Source: a virus
Reading direction: 5' to 3' (one strand)
Virus record (IMG/VR): IMGVR_UViG_3300037475_000032
Span: 32,001 to 96,000 of that record
Length of the DNA stretch: 64,000 nt
Shown here: positions 21,303 through 32,600 of the stretch, in pieces
How positions within the stretch are numbered: the stretch's first letter is position 1
Layout of the letters: each line of letters begins with the position of its first letter
Position numbers and translations under genes: made by a program
Notes under the pieces: generated by a model
What the model saw: the letters and a program-made list of their open reading frames with translations, nothing else
What the model was told of the DNA's origin: nothing
The model's database searches: none

Positions 21303-21766
21303 TGACCGCCTCCATCAGCCAAATGCCGAAACCACAAGTGCCGACGCTCTGCAACTTCTGGTGGAACGCTGATGGTCCTCCTATCTCCTACACGGTGGGA
21401 GGCGAAACCTTCCCGTACCAGCATCAGGCAGACGGTCATACTCGCGCGAGCGACTACCGCTACGAAATCCTCACTACGCCCCTGTACGTGTCGATTGCCT
21501 TTGACGCCATAGGTGCCGCCAACCCCGAACACCCCAAGGTCATCCCACCTCCGGGCGTGACGGTCATCCAGTACCTATGGAACTTCGGAGACGGGACGAT
21601 TGGCTACGGGCCTCAGCCCGCCCACACCTTCACGGCCGCTTCGCCCGACACCCAGGTTAACCTCACTGTCACGGACTCCAGGGGACTCCAGTCCTCGTGC
21701 GGCAAGTCCCTCAATCTCATCTACCTCCAGTTGGCAGCCGAGATCGCGTACAAGATTCGTCACTAG
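21302..21766 (+). CDS. PKD-domain virion protein
   Basis: YLWNFGDG..HTF..VNLTVTDSRG. Confidence 0.75.
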   Translation: MTASISQMPKPQVPTLCNFWWNADGPPISYTVGGETFPYQHQADGHTRASDYRYEILTTPLYVSIAFDAIGAANPEHPKVIPPPGVTVIQYLWNFGDGTIGYGPQPAHTFTAASPDTQVNLTVTDSRGLQSSCGKSLNLIYLQLAAEIAYKIRH

Positions 21767-21793
21767 GTTTGCATCCAGACGCCTATCGCGTCA

Positions 21794-23761
21794 CTATGTT
21801 GCGCCAAGCAGGATGTACAGCAAATCTTCACGGGTCAACTTGGCGGACATCGACTCCTCGAAAGCGGCTCCGTCATAGAGGGCCTTGTGGTAGCCGTGCT
21901 TGGTGGCGATGATGTCCTGCTTGCGTTCCTCAATCGAGTCCGCCATGAGCAAGTCGTACCAGTAGTTGAACGGGAGGATAGAGTCGGCCCTGACGTTACG
22001 CATCCTCTGACGCTTGCGGACCCACGTCCACGGCAGGTTGTAGTTGACACCTACGGCGGCCTCTGGAAGGTCAATGGAGTCGGCTCCACGATCACTGGAG
22101 AGGAAGACTCGGATGCTTGGATCTTCACGGAATCGGTCCTTGGCGGCATCGGCCTGTTTCTGCGAGCCCTCGTACGTGACATAGCTAACGCCCCATTCAT
22201 CGAGCGCCGTGGTGAGCGGCTTCATCCCGTAGCTGGCCCAGGTCATGAAGATCAGAACCTTCTCATCCGGGTGCTTCTCCAAGATGATCTCCCTCAGGGT
22301 CTCCAACTTCGTGTGTCCCTTGTCCGTGGGTGCCTTCGGAAGGGCCTCCAGGAGCGTCATAGCGACCTCTGAGCCCTTTGGACCCGTCAGGGCAGGCAAC
22401 CCCTCCATATCGTCCTCGAATTCGCTTAGGAGCAGTTCGAAGGCATTACGATTCTTGGCCGACTCCACGATCATGGATGGCGCATCGCAGACCATCTGCA
22501 TGACCTGGATGAGTGAGAGAACGCACGAGTCATCGAAGTCGGCCTCGATCATCTCCTTGGCCTTCCCCGTGAGTACGTCATAGACGCGCCTCTGCGTCGG
22601 ATGCCAGTCGATGAGCAGCGGGTCCTCAATCACCTTGGGGAAGTACTTGGCAACCTCCGGGTCATCTCGGCTCACGCGATGGGTCATGTGTTCTAGGCGT
22701 GGCTCCAGCTTGTCGAGGTTGATCCACTTCTCGGGCTTATGGGAGAACGGATTCTTGTAGCCCACGTACTCCCCCTCGAACTCCTCGACACGACCCAGGA
22801 GTGGCGGATTCATCATGCGGATGCAGTTGAACTGCCCTTCGGGCGAATTCTCAATGGGAGTAGCCGATAGCTCGAACTGTCGCATCCAGGCAGCACGCGA
22901 CAGCGCACCCTCAAGACCTTCCTCCTTCGAGGTAAAGCGACTCCATAGGCACTTCTTGACGGCCTTGTAGAGGATCGTGTTGCGGTTGCTCAGACGAGTT
23001 GGCATCTCGTCCCAGAAGAACAACACATCGCGGTCCTCAAGCACCACGGCGAAGAACTCGTGATCCTCACGGTACTTCTCGTAGTTGGTGATCGCTACGA
23101 CTTTCTCACCTGCCATGAGGCGGTCCTGGATTTCCTCATAGATCTTCCAGCGACGCTTAGGCGGCCCATCGATGATGACCGACTCCACATCCGCTAGGCG
23201 CATGAGCTTCTTCTGCATGTCACGCTTGTTGTTCGACTTGACGACAACGAACGCGAGATCAAATGGGTGACCATGCTCCATATGCCACAGGATGGCGCTG
23301 GCGATGAAGGCGGTCTTACCTGTGCCGGTATCCCACACCACGCATCCGGCGTTTAAACGCTCGTCTCGGATGAGCTTGTTGAATCCGGTAATCTGCCACG
23401 GAAGCATCCCGTTCTGCGTACCCTCAAGGGTAGAGTTGAGGGAGAACGGTGGAAGATCGTGCAGATGGTCGTAGGCGTGCAGGATGTCTTCGGGCGGATC
23501 GGTGAAGACCACCTGATACCCCGACTCCTGCGCATACGAGAGGAAGTTGTCTAGACCCGCAGGTGAGACCGTGCGGTAGTGACCGATGATCTCCTCGAAG
23601 TCAAAGAAGAAGTCCGGCTGTAGTGACTCCACGGACCATCGGCCTTGGAAGTCCTCGCTCGGCGAGAGAAAGAGCCACAGACCTTGGTCGTCACGAGACA
23701 GACCATCTAGTCTCTCGACTAGCGCCTCATCAAGAAGGTGATATCTCTGTCCATCGACCAT
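21794..23761 (-). CDS. SNF2-family helicase
   Basis: WDTGTGKT, WDEM, SATPIEN, DSIDL, NYNLPW motifs. Confidence 0.85.
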   Translation of the reverse strand: MVDGQRYHLLDEALVERLDGLSRDDQGLWLFLSPSEDFQGRWSVESLQPDFFFDFEEIIGHYRTVSPAGLDNFLSYAQESGYQVVFTDPPEDILHAYDHLHDLPPFSLNSTLEGTQNGMLPWQITGFNKLIRDERLNAGCVVWDTGTGKTAFIASAILWHMEHGHPFDLAFVVVKSNNKRDMQKKLMRLADVESVIIDGPPKRRWKIYEEIQDRLMAGEKVVAITNYEKYREDHEFFAVVLEDRDVLFFWDEMPTRLSNRNTILYKAVKKCLWSRFTSKEEGLEGALSRAAWMRQFELSATPIENSPEGQFNCIRMMNPPLLGRVEEFEGEYVGYKNPFSHKPEKWINLDKLEPRLEHMTHRVSRDDPEVAKYFPKVIEDPLLIDWHPTQRRVYDVLTGKAKEMIEADFDDSCVLSLIQVMQMVCDAPSMIVESAKNRNAFELLLSEFEDDMEGLPALTGPKGSEVAMTLLEALPKAPTDKGHTKLETLREIILEKHPDEKVLIFMTWASYGMKPLTTALDEWGVSYVTYEGSQKQADAAKDRFREDPSIRVFLSSDRGADSIDLPEAAVGVNYNLPWTWVRKRQRMRNVRADSILPFNYWYDLLMADSIEERKQDIIATKHGYHKALYDGAAFEESMSAKLTREDLLYILLGAT

Positions 23762-24062
23762 TCTCTCTGACCTCGATCCTCAGGTTTCCTTCCGCCATCA
23801 TGGAGTCGATGTCGGGGGCGCAGGTAGCCATCTTACGAGCCCATAGCTGGAACTCTTTTGACTTCGCCATGCGGACGAACGCATTGCGCTTGTTGAGCCC
23901 CTGCGTACGCTCCTCACGGCTTTCACCCCTTGCGCCGCTAGGCTCATGGATGATCCTGACCGCTGTATCTCGCTTGTTCTGGTTCTGACCGCCCGGACCT
24001 CCGGCACGAAACGTTTGCACGATGCAGTCCTTGATCGTGACGGTCGAGATCTTCTCGCGCAT
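23730..24062 (-). CDS. RF-1 domain (GGQ) peptidyl-tRNA hydrolase, ArfB-like
   Basis: FRAGGPGGQNQNKRDTAVRIIH; no codon-recognition domain. Confidence 0.9.
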   Translation of the reverse strand: MREKISTVTIKDCIVQTFRAGGPGGQNQNKRDTAVRIIHEPSGARGESREERTQGLNKRNAFVRMAKSKEFQLWARKMATCAPDIDSMMAEGNLRIEVRENGRWTEISPS

Positions 24063-24844
24063 CACTCCACTATATCAGCGTCGTCGGGTGCCTCTTCGGC
24101 TTCGATAGGAGGCGGTAGCTGCAAGCCCTCCTCGACGGCGAACTCGACATCATCCATCTGACGCAGACGCCTAACTTCGTTGACGATCTTCTGGTTCGTT
24201 TCATCGTCGCAGACGTTCTTGACGGCTCGGATGAAGATGCGAAGTGAAGTCTCGGCCTCATCGCCCTTGACCTGCGACGAGTTGGATTCCATCTCGTTGA
24301 CGAGCTTTATCATCTGGATGAGATCACGGACCTCAGCCGTGACCACGCCGTTGATGACATCCTCGTACGTCTTGCCGATGAGTACCTTCAATACCCCTCG
24401 GCTTGTCAACGCCCCCTGAACCCCTTCGCGGTAGTTCTGTTTGATGAGATCGGCCTCTTCCTCAAGCTGAGCACGCACAACGGCGTCATCAATCGCCATG
24501 TGCTTCTTCGAATGGTTGGAGATGGAGCGTCGGTCGATCTTCTCGCCGTTGGCATCCGGTGGGATGGACTCAGCTAGGGCCGAGAGGGAAACCATTCCCT
24601 TCACTAGCTGGCGCTCGATGTAGACGCGATACTCGCTTGTACATACCTTGCAGCGTGGCTCCGTAATCATCGGCGGAGCAAGCGCCTTCTCCCTCATGGC
24701 GATCTCGAAGCGATCCTCGTCCTGCCATGACTTCTGGAGATCCTTGCCGGTGGTTTTATCCAACACCTCACGGCGCTTCTTGCGCTCGATGTCGCTGACT
24801 CCTACCTCTCCATCGGTGTCTACGTCGCGTTCTAGATCGGGCAT
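24062..24844 (-). CDS. Hypothetical protein (CxxC, HTH-like)
   Basis: Coupled ORF with genome-like codon usage. Confidence 0.6.
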   Translation of the reverse strand: MPDLERDVDTDGEVGVSDIERKKRREVLDKTTGKDLQKSWQDEDRFEIAMREKALAPPMITEPRCKVCTSEYRVYIERQLVKGMVSLSALAESIPPDANGEKIDRRSISNHSKKHMAIDDAVVRAQLEEEADLIKQNYREGVQGALTSRGVLKVLIGKTYEDVINGVVTAEVRDLIQMIKLVNEMESNSSQVKGDEAETSLRIFIRAVKNVCDDETNQKIVNEVRRLRQMDDVEFAVEEGLQLPPPIEAEEAPDDADIVE

Positions 24845-25021
24845 TTAGGCGAAGGGTCCTAGTAGTGACGGGTGCGTGGCAGTTCTTGATGCGAGAGCGT
24901 GCGTCTCTTCAATGCGCTTGTAGATGTCCAAGATGGCATCGACAATCGGAGCTAGACCCTCCGGGTAGCCTTCGTCTCGGTACTGTTCGAGATTCTGACG
25001 TGGCGGTAGCTTACTCGTCAT
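24845..25021 (-). CDS. Hypothetical protein
   Basis: Operon packing; GAGGA RBS. Confidence 0.5.
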   Translation of the reverse strand: MTSKLPPRQNLEQYRDEGYPEGLAPIVDAILDIYKRIEETHALASRTATHPSLLGPFA

Positions 25022-25391
25022 CGTCCTCAATGACTCCGTGTAGATAGCCCTCTTCCCAAAGCTCGATCCACTCGGGCGGCTGCGGGAACCACTCAGGGGC
25101 GTTACCGTCCCATGCGCCGCTGCGCTGAGCTAGCTCCACACTCACGTAGCCAAGGGCAACAATACCCCTGTCGTGCTCGTCCTTGACCGCCTGACGGAGC
25201 TTGTCGGCCTCTTGCCTTGCTCCAGCGTCACGGCCGGTCTCGATGGCGTTGGCGAACCAGCCAACCAGGAAGTCGAGATCCCACTTCTGATCCTCGCCTA
25301 GCGTTACCACCTTGGCGAATTCCTGAGCCCACACCGTAGCATCGGTGTTGCCCTCTAGTCTGACTGATATTCCCTGATGCTCTGCTGACAT
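25011..25391 (-). CDS. Hypothetical protein
   Basis: AAAGGA RBS; DATVWAQEF..GWFANAIETG. Confidence 0.6.
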   Translation of the reverse strand: MSAEHQGISVRLEGNTDATVWAQEFAKVVTLGEDQKWDLDFLVGWFANAIETGRDAGARQEADKLRQAVKDEHDRGIVALGYVSVELAQRSGAWDGNAPEWFPQPPEWIELWEEGYLHGVIEDDDE

Positions 25392-25465
25392 TCGTCTGTC
25401 CTTTCGTGCGTCACTTATGACGCCTTAACCCCGATTTGGGGCCATAAAGCGTCAAAACTGGTGCC

Positions 25466-26017
25466 TTAGCGGTAGAAGCTGGCCCCGTTCTTGACCCTCT
25501 GTCCCTTGGTGTTCACCTTGCGTCCATCCGGGTGCGTGCGGTTGTACATGCCGGTTGTGGGTCGGCCGAAGCGGTCGTTCGTGAACGCTGGATCGGGAGT
25601 CCCGGCTTCCACATAGATCTCACGACGCTGGCGATTGTAGAGGTGGCTCTGGAATAGGATCGGGTTAACCCCTCGGATGTCACGGCGGGGTCCCTCTCCC
25701 TTGTACCAGCGATGGCCCTTCTCACACCTTAGCTCCGGGAAGTCGAGGTAGAGTTGATTCTCTTCCTCATCCAGAAGCGGATTGCCGTCGTTGTCGAACT
25801 GAGCCACGGACTCAACATGCCCGGTCTCGTCCCCATAGGGAAGGCTGTCAGGATCGTTTTCCTTGCACTCACGGCATAGCTCTCGATTGGCGTCTGACCT
25901 CAAAAGCTGATCGGCAAACTCCTCCAACTCAAGCGCAGTGTATTTCTGGCCTGGGACGAACTCGGGGGCTTCGTCCTCGAATCCCTCATCGGGAATGTCC
26001 TCATCCTCAAGACTCAT
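25466..26017 (-). CDS. Hypothetical Zn-binding protein, paralogous to C-domain of HNH at 45581
   Basis: CREC..CEKGH; GMYNRTHPDGR..SFYR. Confidence 0.65.
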   Translation of the reverse strand: MSLEDEDIPDEGFEDEAPEFVPGQKYTALELEEFADQLLRSDANRELCRECKENDPDSLPYGDETGHVESVAQFDNDGNPLLDEEENQLYLDFPELRCEKGHRWYKGEGPRRDIRGVNPILFQSHLYNRQRREIYVEAGTPDPAFTNDRFGRPTTGMYNRTHPDGRKVNTKGQRVKNGASFYR

Positions 26018-26423
26018 CTTCTACCTCGGCGAAGTACCTCTTTGCAAGCTGGATGCAACCAGCCTCGACGTACTGACCAACACTCACGGTGGTAATCCCC
26101 ATGATCTTGGCTACGTCCTTCTGCTTCATGTCCAGGATCACATTGTAGAAAATGGCCTCGCGCTTACGCGGCGCTAGCTCTTTCAGTCCAGTGTGCAAAT
26201 CCCAGAACGAGATTGCGATTGTCTGCTTTGTGCGTTCTCCCTTATCGTTCTCGACCCAGTAGCTATGCTCTAGGACGTGCTTACGACCGTCTGCTCCTGC
26301 CTGCGATAGCCCATAACCACCAACAAGCTCGCGGAACTCCGTGTAGTGCCTAAGTACCTCTCGTAGTATGCGATGTGGAGGGACGATCCCTGATTGTTTG
26401 TTCTTCTTGACAGCGGTTGTCAT
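26007..26423 (-). CDS. Sigma-70 region-4 HTH protein (sigma factor-like)
   Basis: LKELAPRKREAIFY..MKQKDVAKIMGIT; TGcTATACT extended -10 upstream. Confidence 0.7.
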   Translation of the reverse strand: MTTAVKKNKQSGIVPPHRILREVLRHYTEFRELVGGYGLSQAGADGRKHVLEHSYWVENDKGERTKQTIAISFWDLHTGLKELAPRKREAIFYNVILDMKQKDVAKIMGITTVSVGQYVEAGCIQLAKRYFAEVEDES

Positions 26424-26449
26424 ACCTGCTACGCAGTATAGCACTGCTT

Positions 26450-26962
26450 TCACTTGTTACTGTGACCCAAGTACCAAAGGCCGATTGCGAGGGCGTCGGT
26501 CTCCTCAAAGACCTTGACCCACTCAGATACCCTCGACTTGAGTTGAGGTAACAGCGAGATGACGCCGTTGCGAACTTGCTGCTTCGTGATCTTCTTGCCT
26601 CGTCCTCGAATGGCAATCTCGGATTGCACCGAACGAGCCATTACCTGTGAGACCGGGATGCCCCTCTGGATGGCTATGGCGTGCAGCGTCGTTGCCTGCA
26701 CATTCGCCAAGTAGCCCTGCTCCGGGATATTGAAGCCACGAGAGGGCACAACCTCAGTGACAACATGCTCCGGCCTCCACCAATCAAGAAGCTCCTGGCT
26801 TTCCTGAACCCAGAACCTAGCCAAATCTAGGCGGTACTCTTGAAACCCTACGGTGTCTCCTCGTGGGAAGTGAATCACGCCTGAGGCTAGGTACTTGGGT
26901 CCTGTCTCCAGAACCGCCCACCCCGCTCGCTTTGCTCCTGAGTCGATACTTAGCACCCTCAC
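26450..26962 (-). CDS. ruvC: RuvC-like Holliday junction resolvase
   Basis: VLSIDSG..GWAV; VVTE; TDALAIG. Confidence 0.85.
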   Translation of the reverse strand: MRVLSIDSGAKRAGWAVLETGPKYLASGVIHFPRGDTVGFQEYRLDLARFWVQESQELLDWWRPEHVVTEVVPSRGFNIPEQGYLANVQATTLHAIAIQRGIPVSQVMARSVQSEIAIRGRGKKITKQQVRNGVISLLPQLKSRVSEWVKVFEETDALAIGLWYLGHSNK

Positions 26963-26979
26963 ACCTATTACGACCCCGT

Positions 26980-27798
26980 TTAAACAGGCAAAGGAAAGTG
27001 TTCATCGTCATCCTTTGTGATCTCGATGTCATGGTCAAGGCACTCGGAGATGAATTCCCACTTGCCGTAGATGGCGTCGATGAGTGCCTGATCGCGTTCG
27101 TACTCGAACTCCTTGAAGTCATGCGGGGCGTCCTTGTTGATGGCGACGATAAGTCCATGCTCCAGATCGAAGAAGTCCATGTACATATTGATCTGGCACT
27201 TGTACTTGTCTGCCGCCCACGGAGGAACGTCCGGGAGCTTGTATTGCGCCGATGCCATGGTCTTGAAGTCCACGACACCTTCCCAGCCGCCCGGTAGCTT
27301 GCACGGGGCTATGTCACCTGATCCGGTAGCCCAGTGGTAGGGCTTGGGGAAGCGGAAGCCATCTCCTGAGCCGCCGAAGTAGTAGGTATTGGGGATTCCC
27401 CATTCCTTCTTGCCCCTACGCTCGATGTCGTTGGGTCCGGCGAACCCAAGCTCCACGGAGAGGTGTTGGAGTAGCTGATGCCAGTAGTGACCCACCATGA
27501 ACGCCTTGCGGGTTTCAGCTTTGATGGCTTCGGGCTTGGCGTCAACGTGATCCTCGAACTGGCTCCCCTGACTGTCCCTCACCTCCCACTCCTGCGTCAG
27601 CATCTTCGCCTCGGCGAACAATGCACTGACAGGGGGCATACAGTGACCGCTCGGGTGCCAACCTGAGTCGGCGATCTTCGGCTCGTACCTGAACTCCCAT
27701 GGAGCGTCGAAGGTCGTCAGGGCCTTATCCAGGAAGGGCACTAGCTTGTAGCGCTTCCCCAGGTTCTTCACGAGCTTGGACTTGTCTAGCTTCTGCAT
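26980..27798 (-). CDS. Cas4/RecB-like PD-(D/E)XK exonuclease
   Basis: HPSGHC; GHYWH; GSGD..VVDFKT; QINMYM. Confidence 0.75.
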   Translation of the reverse strand: MQKLDKSKLVKNLGKRYKLVPFLDKALTTFDAPWEFRYEPKIADSGWHPSGHCMPPVSALFAEAKMLTQEWEVRDSQGSQFEDHVDAKPEAIKAETRKAFMVGHYWHQLLQHLSVELGFAGPNDIERRGKKEWGIPNTYYFGGSGDGFRFPKPYHWATGSGDIAPCKLPGGWEGVVDFKTMASAQYKLPDVPPWAADKYKCQINMYMDFFDLEHGLIVAINKDAPHDFKEFEYERDQALIDAIYGKWEFISECLDHDIEITKDDDEHFPLPV

Positions 27799-28136
27799 GA
27801 GTCGTCATCGACCCTACGCACTACTAGGTCGATCCATCCTTCCCTGTTAGCGAGTATGCTATCCGGTTCGTAGTAGCGTAGCGCAAGCGCCGGATGTCTA
27901 CTCTCTTCGTATGCCTCCTCCGCGATCTTCTCCATCTGTTGAACGAAGATCGGGAGTTTGCTTGGCCTCGTGGGTCCCCCCGTTACCTTGCACTCAAACA
28001 GAGTATCGTCGCAACGGACATCCCCGGCATCGTTGTCGGCTGCTCCTGACGAAGCGGACCTCTTACCCCCGTAGGTGGCGGCGATGAAGTCCTCTTGTCT
28101 GACAGAGAGATCCTTTGTGCTACCTCTCTTCGCCAT
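27786..28136 (-). CDS. PD-(D/E)XK nuclease / Holliday junction resolvase-like
   Basis: SSGA..AGDV..LFECK. Confidence 0.65.
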   Translation of the reverse strand: MAKRGSTKDLSVRQEDFIAATYGGKRSASSGAADNDAGDVRCDDTLFECKVTGGPTRPSKLPIFVQQMEKIAEEAYEESRHPALALRYYEPDSILANREGWIDLVVRRVDDDSCRS

Positions 28137-28356
28137 CACGTTCACCCCACCAATCCGAGAACTCGCCGGGATAGAGGCCGTGAAGGATGTGTTGCTTGAC
28201 AAAGGATTGCAGCACATGAACGGCCTCGGCTAGCTCCTGATTGTTGTAAATGAGAGTCCTCCCTGTCTCAAATCCATCCTCGAAGTTCTCGATGTCCTTA
28301 ATGGCATCCATCGCATCGATAATGCGCTCCCAGGCATATCTCTCACCATCGTTCAT
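28120..28356 (-). CDS. Hypothetical protein
   Basis: Operon packing. Confidence 0.5.
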   Translation of the reverse strand: MNDGERYAWERIIDAMDAIKDIENFEDGFETGRTLIYNNQELAEAVHVLQSFVKQHILHGLYPGEFSDWWGERDGEER

Positions 28357-28384
28357 TGCGCCAATGCGAATTTGATGGCTATAA

Positions 28385-29527
28385 CTACTCGTCTCCATCG
28401 TCATCCTTGTCATCGACTTCGGGCTCAGCCGTTACCTCGGCATCTAGAACCTCTTCGTTCTTCTCGGCGGCCTCAAGCTCGTTTTCCACCATACGAGCTA
28501 GCACCTCTTGGCGCAACACCTCTGCGCCCTCTGGATGCTCGGACAAGTACTGCTCCAAGGCGTTCTTACCCTGTAGCTTGCCTCCGGGGAAGCTCGGGTG
28601 CTTGAGCCATGCGCCGCTACCTTCAATGACGCCCGCTACCTTGGCTACACGGATGATGTCGGCGGCCTTGTCGATGCCGAACCCGTACTCCTCGGTCTCG
28701 ATGTGGAAGAAGTCGAAGCGAGCGGAGGTGTTAACCGCCTGTGCCATCTTGTTCTTGATGAAGGAGGCAACAAGTTCCCTCCCGACCATGACGGGTTTGT
28801 CCTCGCCCGCGATCTTTGCCATGTAGCGCTGCTTCCCAGGCTTCAACTGAATCCTGATCTGGCAGTCGTGCTTGAGGGCTTCGCCTCCGGGTGACTCCAT
28901 GGGCGTACCCTGCCCAGGCTTCACACGAATCTTCGTGTTGTGACGTTGCTGGTTGATGAGCATGAGCCCTTGGTTATTCTTGTACAGCCTCGGCATCACG
29001 ACGTTAAGTCCGGTGGTGATGACACCTGAGGCACCGAACGCCTTCTTCTTGCCGCCCTCCTCGGTCTCCGATTCACTCGCAAGAGCACCAATGGAGTCAA
29101 ACAAGATGTAGTCCACCAATCCCCCGTACACGAGATCATGAAGCATCTCGAACGCCTCCTCGGCGTTATCCGGGTGATTGATGAGCAGAAGGTCGGGATC
29201 GAGCCCATGGAGCCTCTGAGCCCATTCTGCGTCGAAGTGAGGCTCGACCGCGATGATGGCCGGGAGCTTGCCCTGCTTCTGCACATTGGCTAGCACAGAG
29301 TAGCCTATGGCGCTAGTCTTCCCTAGCCCATTGGACCCGAATACCTCCACGGCGAATCCGTAGGGGAAGCCTCCGATACCCAGGCGGTAGTCAAGTGTGA
29401 GGGAGCCTGAGGGGACAACGTTGAAGTTGTACCTCTCGTTCCCGATGCGGGCAGCCTTGTCGCCGAACTTTTTGTTCGTGTCGTTGCGCGCCGCTTCTAG
29501 CTTCTTCTTAGTCGCCGTCTTGTTCAT
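28385..29527 (-). CDS. recA: RecA-like recombinase
   Basis: SGSLTLD..LGIGG; GSNGLGKT; FDSIGAL; SPGGEALK; KNKMA. Confidence 0.92.
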   Translation of the reverse strand: MNKTATKKKLEAARNDTNKKFGDKAARIGNERYNFNVVPSGSLTLDYRLGIGGFPYGFAVEVFGSNGLGKTSAIGYSVLANVQKQGKLPAIIAVEPHFDAEWAQRLHGLDPDLLLINHPDNAEEAFEMLHDLVYGGLVDYILFDSIGALASESETEEGGKKKAFGASGVITTGLNVVMPRLYKNNQGLMLINQQRHNTKIRVKPGQGTPMESPGGEALKHDCQIRIQLKPGKQRYMAKIAGEDKPVMVGRELVASFIKNKMAQAVNTSARFDFFHIETEEYGFGIDKAADIIRVAKVAGVIEGSGAWLKHPSFPGGKLQGKNALEQYLSEHPEGAEVLRQEVLARMVENELEAAEKNEEVLDAEVTAEPEVDDKDDDGDE

Positions 29528-29690
29528 TCTGCTTTTCCTCTAGCCATCGGAAGTACTCCTCTTCCTGTTGTTTCGCGTACTCACGCTCCAAGTGCTCGTG
29601 ATACATGCGTTCCTCATACGCTTCCTGCTCCATCTGAGCCTCTATCCAGGCGTCATCATTGGGGTAGGGATCTTGGGGCCAAGTGCTCAT
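29508..29690 (-). CDS. Hypothetical protein
   Basis: Overlapping start/stop with dnaE and recA. Confidence 0.5.
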   Translation of the reverse strand: MSTWPQDPYPNDDAWIEAQMEQEAYEERMYHEHLEREYAKQQEEEYFRWLEEKQNEQDGD

Positions 29691-32600
29691 GTCAGTAGGT
29701 GTCCTGATCGGAAGTGATAACCCTCGTTGCGTTTGTCGTTGGGGGCAGTGTGCCTAACGGTGAAAATGCCCATCTGCCTCGGCTTGAACAGGAACTTACT
29801 CTTCTTCCAGTTGTCGGAGAAGACCGCAAACGTCAACTCGTCGCCGTCGTACTCGATGGTAACAATCCCCATCGCCGCACCGCTTGAGCGGACCTTCGTT
29901 GGTCGTATATCAGTGATGATACCAGGTAGCGTGTACTCCAAGTACCTCTTTCCAGGCGGGGTCTCCTCACCACTGTCATCTACCCAATCGTACAGTTCCT
30001 CAGCCTCAGCCCACGACATGCACGCCTCTTGGTAACCATCGCACGCCTCGATCTCATCGAGGTTGTTGGCGATTACTTCTTCCGAGTTGTCAGTAAGGAT
30101 CACACTGAGGAACTTCTCCTCAAGTTCCTGCTTTTCTCTCAGCGACACCTCACGCTCCTCAAGGCCATCCCAGGCTCCGGCTTCGTAGATGGCGACGATC
30201 TTATTGGAGGTGATCTGCTGCTTAGGTGACTTCCAATCGCTGGGGAAAGGATCGCCGTCCTTGAGGCGCTGCTTCTTCTCCTTGAGGGCGTAGTCGTTGT
30301 CGTGCTCAAGCTGAGCAACCATCGTGTCCGGCGATGAGATGTCGTACTCAAGCTCGTCACGGAGATACAAGAGGTAGTCTCCCGCCGAGCCTACTCCACT
30401 CACGTCACCGAAGCCGAAATACACATCCTCGTCCACCTTGGAGATGCGACCCTTCGAGTAACGAATGTCGGGAGGGAGAATACTGATCTTCTTGCGCCTC
30501 GCCTCCTTGATGTACTGGGGCATCAACTCCTTGCGCTTCTGGCTCTCGATGGTACGGATACACGCGATGTAGAACTCGGACATCCCGTAGTACTTGGCAA
30601 AGAGGCAGCGGAAGGCGATGATCCCGTAGGCAATAGAGTGGGACTTGTTGAAGGAGTAGGAGGCGAACCCTTCGATGCCTTTCCAGACCTCCGTAGCGAT
30701 CTCCTTGGAGAAGCCCTTGGACATCGCCACCTCAAGGAAGCCCTTCTTGTCCCAGTCCTTGAAGCCCTCGAAGATTTCACTCAGCTTCTCCGGCTGCTTC
30801 TTTCCGAGAATCTTCCTCACGGCGTCAGCGTCACCAAGGGAGTATCCAAGCTCCCACATGAAGCGGATGATCTGCTCCTGGTACACGAACAAGCCGTAGG
30901 TGGGCTTCAAGATTTCTTCGAGCATCGGGTGTGGGTACACCACGGGCTCTCGACCCTCTCGACGGGCCACGTACTTGTTTGGGATGCCGTCTCGCAGCGG
31001 CCCTGGTCGATTGAGGGCCACAAGGATTCCAAGATCCTCGACTGAGCGTGGCTTTAGCTTCTCCGTCAGTATCTTGCCGCTAGGCGTCTCGATCTGGAAG
31101 ATACCGGCTACGAAGCCTTCTTCCAGTAGGTCCCACATCTCGTCCGGGTACTCCTCGCGGTCTAGTCCGCTCCAGTCGAAGTCGATGCCTTGTTCACGCA
31201 TCTGGTCTTCCCACTCCGAGAGTGTGTCGAGGGTACGGAGTCCCAGGACATCGAGCTTGAGCAGCTTGAGGATGTCGATGGTCTTCATGGGGAACAGCGT
31301 GGCCGGGATGCCTTCCGCCTTGCCTCCACGGAGGTAGGCGGGAGCGTAGTCGTCCAGGTCGATGTCGGAGACCACGATGCCCGATGGATGGATGCCGTAG
31401 TTGGAGTTACGAGAACAGGCGTGTTCACACATCTCGATGAACTTGCGTCGCTTCTCGTTGTTGCCGACCCACTCGTCAATCTCGTCACCAACACAGTCCT
31501 TCACGAAGATGACCTTGGGCTTCCCATCCGAGTTGTACTTCTCGATCTCAGGGTCCCATCCGATCTGATCGGTTCCGTGAATGGAGATGTCCTTGGTCTT
31601 CCCCACGATGTTCTTGATTTCCCTCTCTTCCTCAAAGGATATCCCGCATGAGATCGACAGTTTCTCGATGGTGGCGATGGGCTTCATGCGCGTGATCGTG
31701 CCGATGGAGCACACACGCTTCTCACCCCAGCGGTCGATCAAGTACTGACGGATGTCGGGTCTCTTCGAGCGGGCGAAGTCGGAATCGATATCAGGGAACC
31801 CGTCCGTTCGTCCCTTGTTCCAGAATCGCTCAAAGAACAGGTCGTAGTACAACGGGTCTACGTCCGTAATACCGAGCGCGTAGGCGACGATACATCCGGC
31901 TGACGATCCACGTCCTGGACCACGGGCGATGTTTTCAGCGTCACAAAACCTCACCACATCCCAGGCCATAAGGAAGTAGTGCTCCAAGCCATCCTCAAGC
32001 AACACCTCGATCTCTCGGGCGGCTCGCTCCCACGCTTCGGTCTCCAGATCCGTTCCCTTGTAGATGCGGTCGATTCCCTCCTCCACAAGGCGGATAAACA
32101 GTTCCGTAGCATCCTCATCGTCATTGTCTGTCCATGGACAGTCCTTGGGAATGAACGTAGGCATGTGCGGACGGTCAACTGTGGGGAGATGGGCGTCGGC
32201 CTGCATCCCGATCTCCCAGGTGTTGGCAATCGCCTCATCCACCACGCTTTCAGGCAGATAGCTCAGGGCCTCGCGTACGGTGTCCTCGTCCTTGATGCAA
32301 ACGGCTCCAGGAGGGTGATACTGCTTGCGTTCGTCTACCGGCGTGTAGATCGACTGCTTCGTCTGCCCCGCAAGGTACATGTCATGGTATTCGTACTGCC
32401 ATGGGAAGGCGTAGTGTCCATCGTCGCCGTAGGTGATCCTGACTCCACGCTCTTGCGCAGCGTTCACTAGCAGTTCGTTGACCATCTGTGGCGTAATGGT
32501 CGCGCCCTCGTTATCCCTATCCGACCATTGAGCATCCCCTGGATAGGTCGTGATCTCGACAGTGAAGTTGTCCCCCAGGTTGTCCAAGTACCAGTTCAGG

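Noticed and set aside
26980-27798. CRISPR-Cas system suggested by the Cas4-like nuclease
   Set aside because: No repeat-spacer array or other cas genes; solo Cas4-like exonucleases are common in phage recombination modules.
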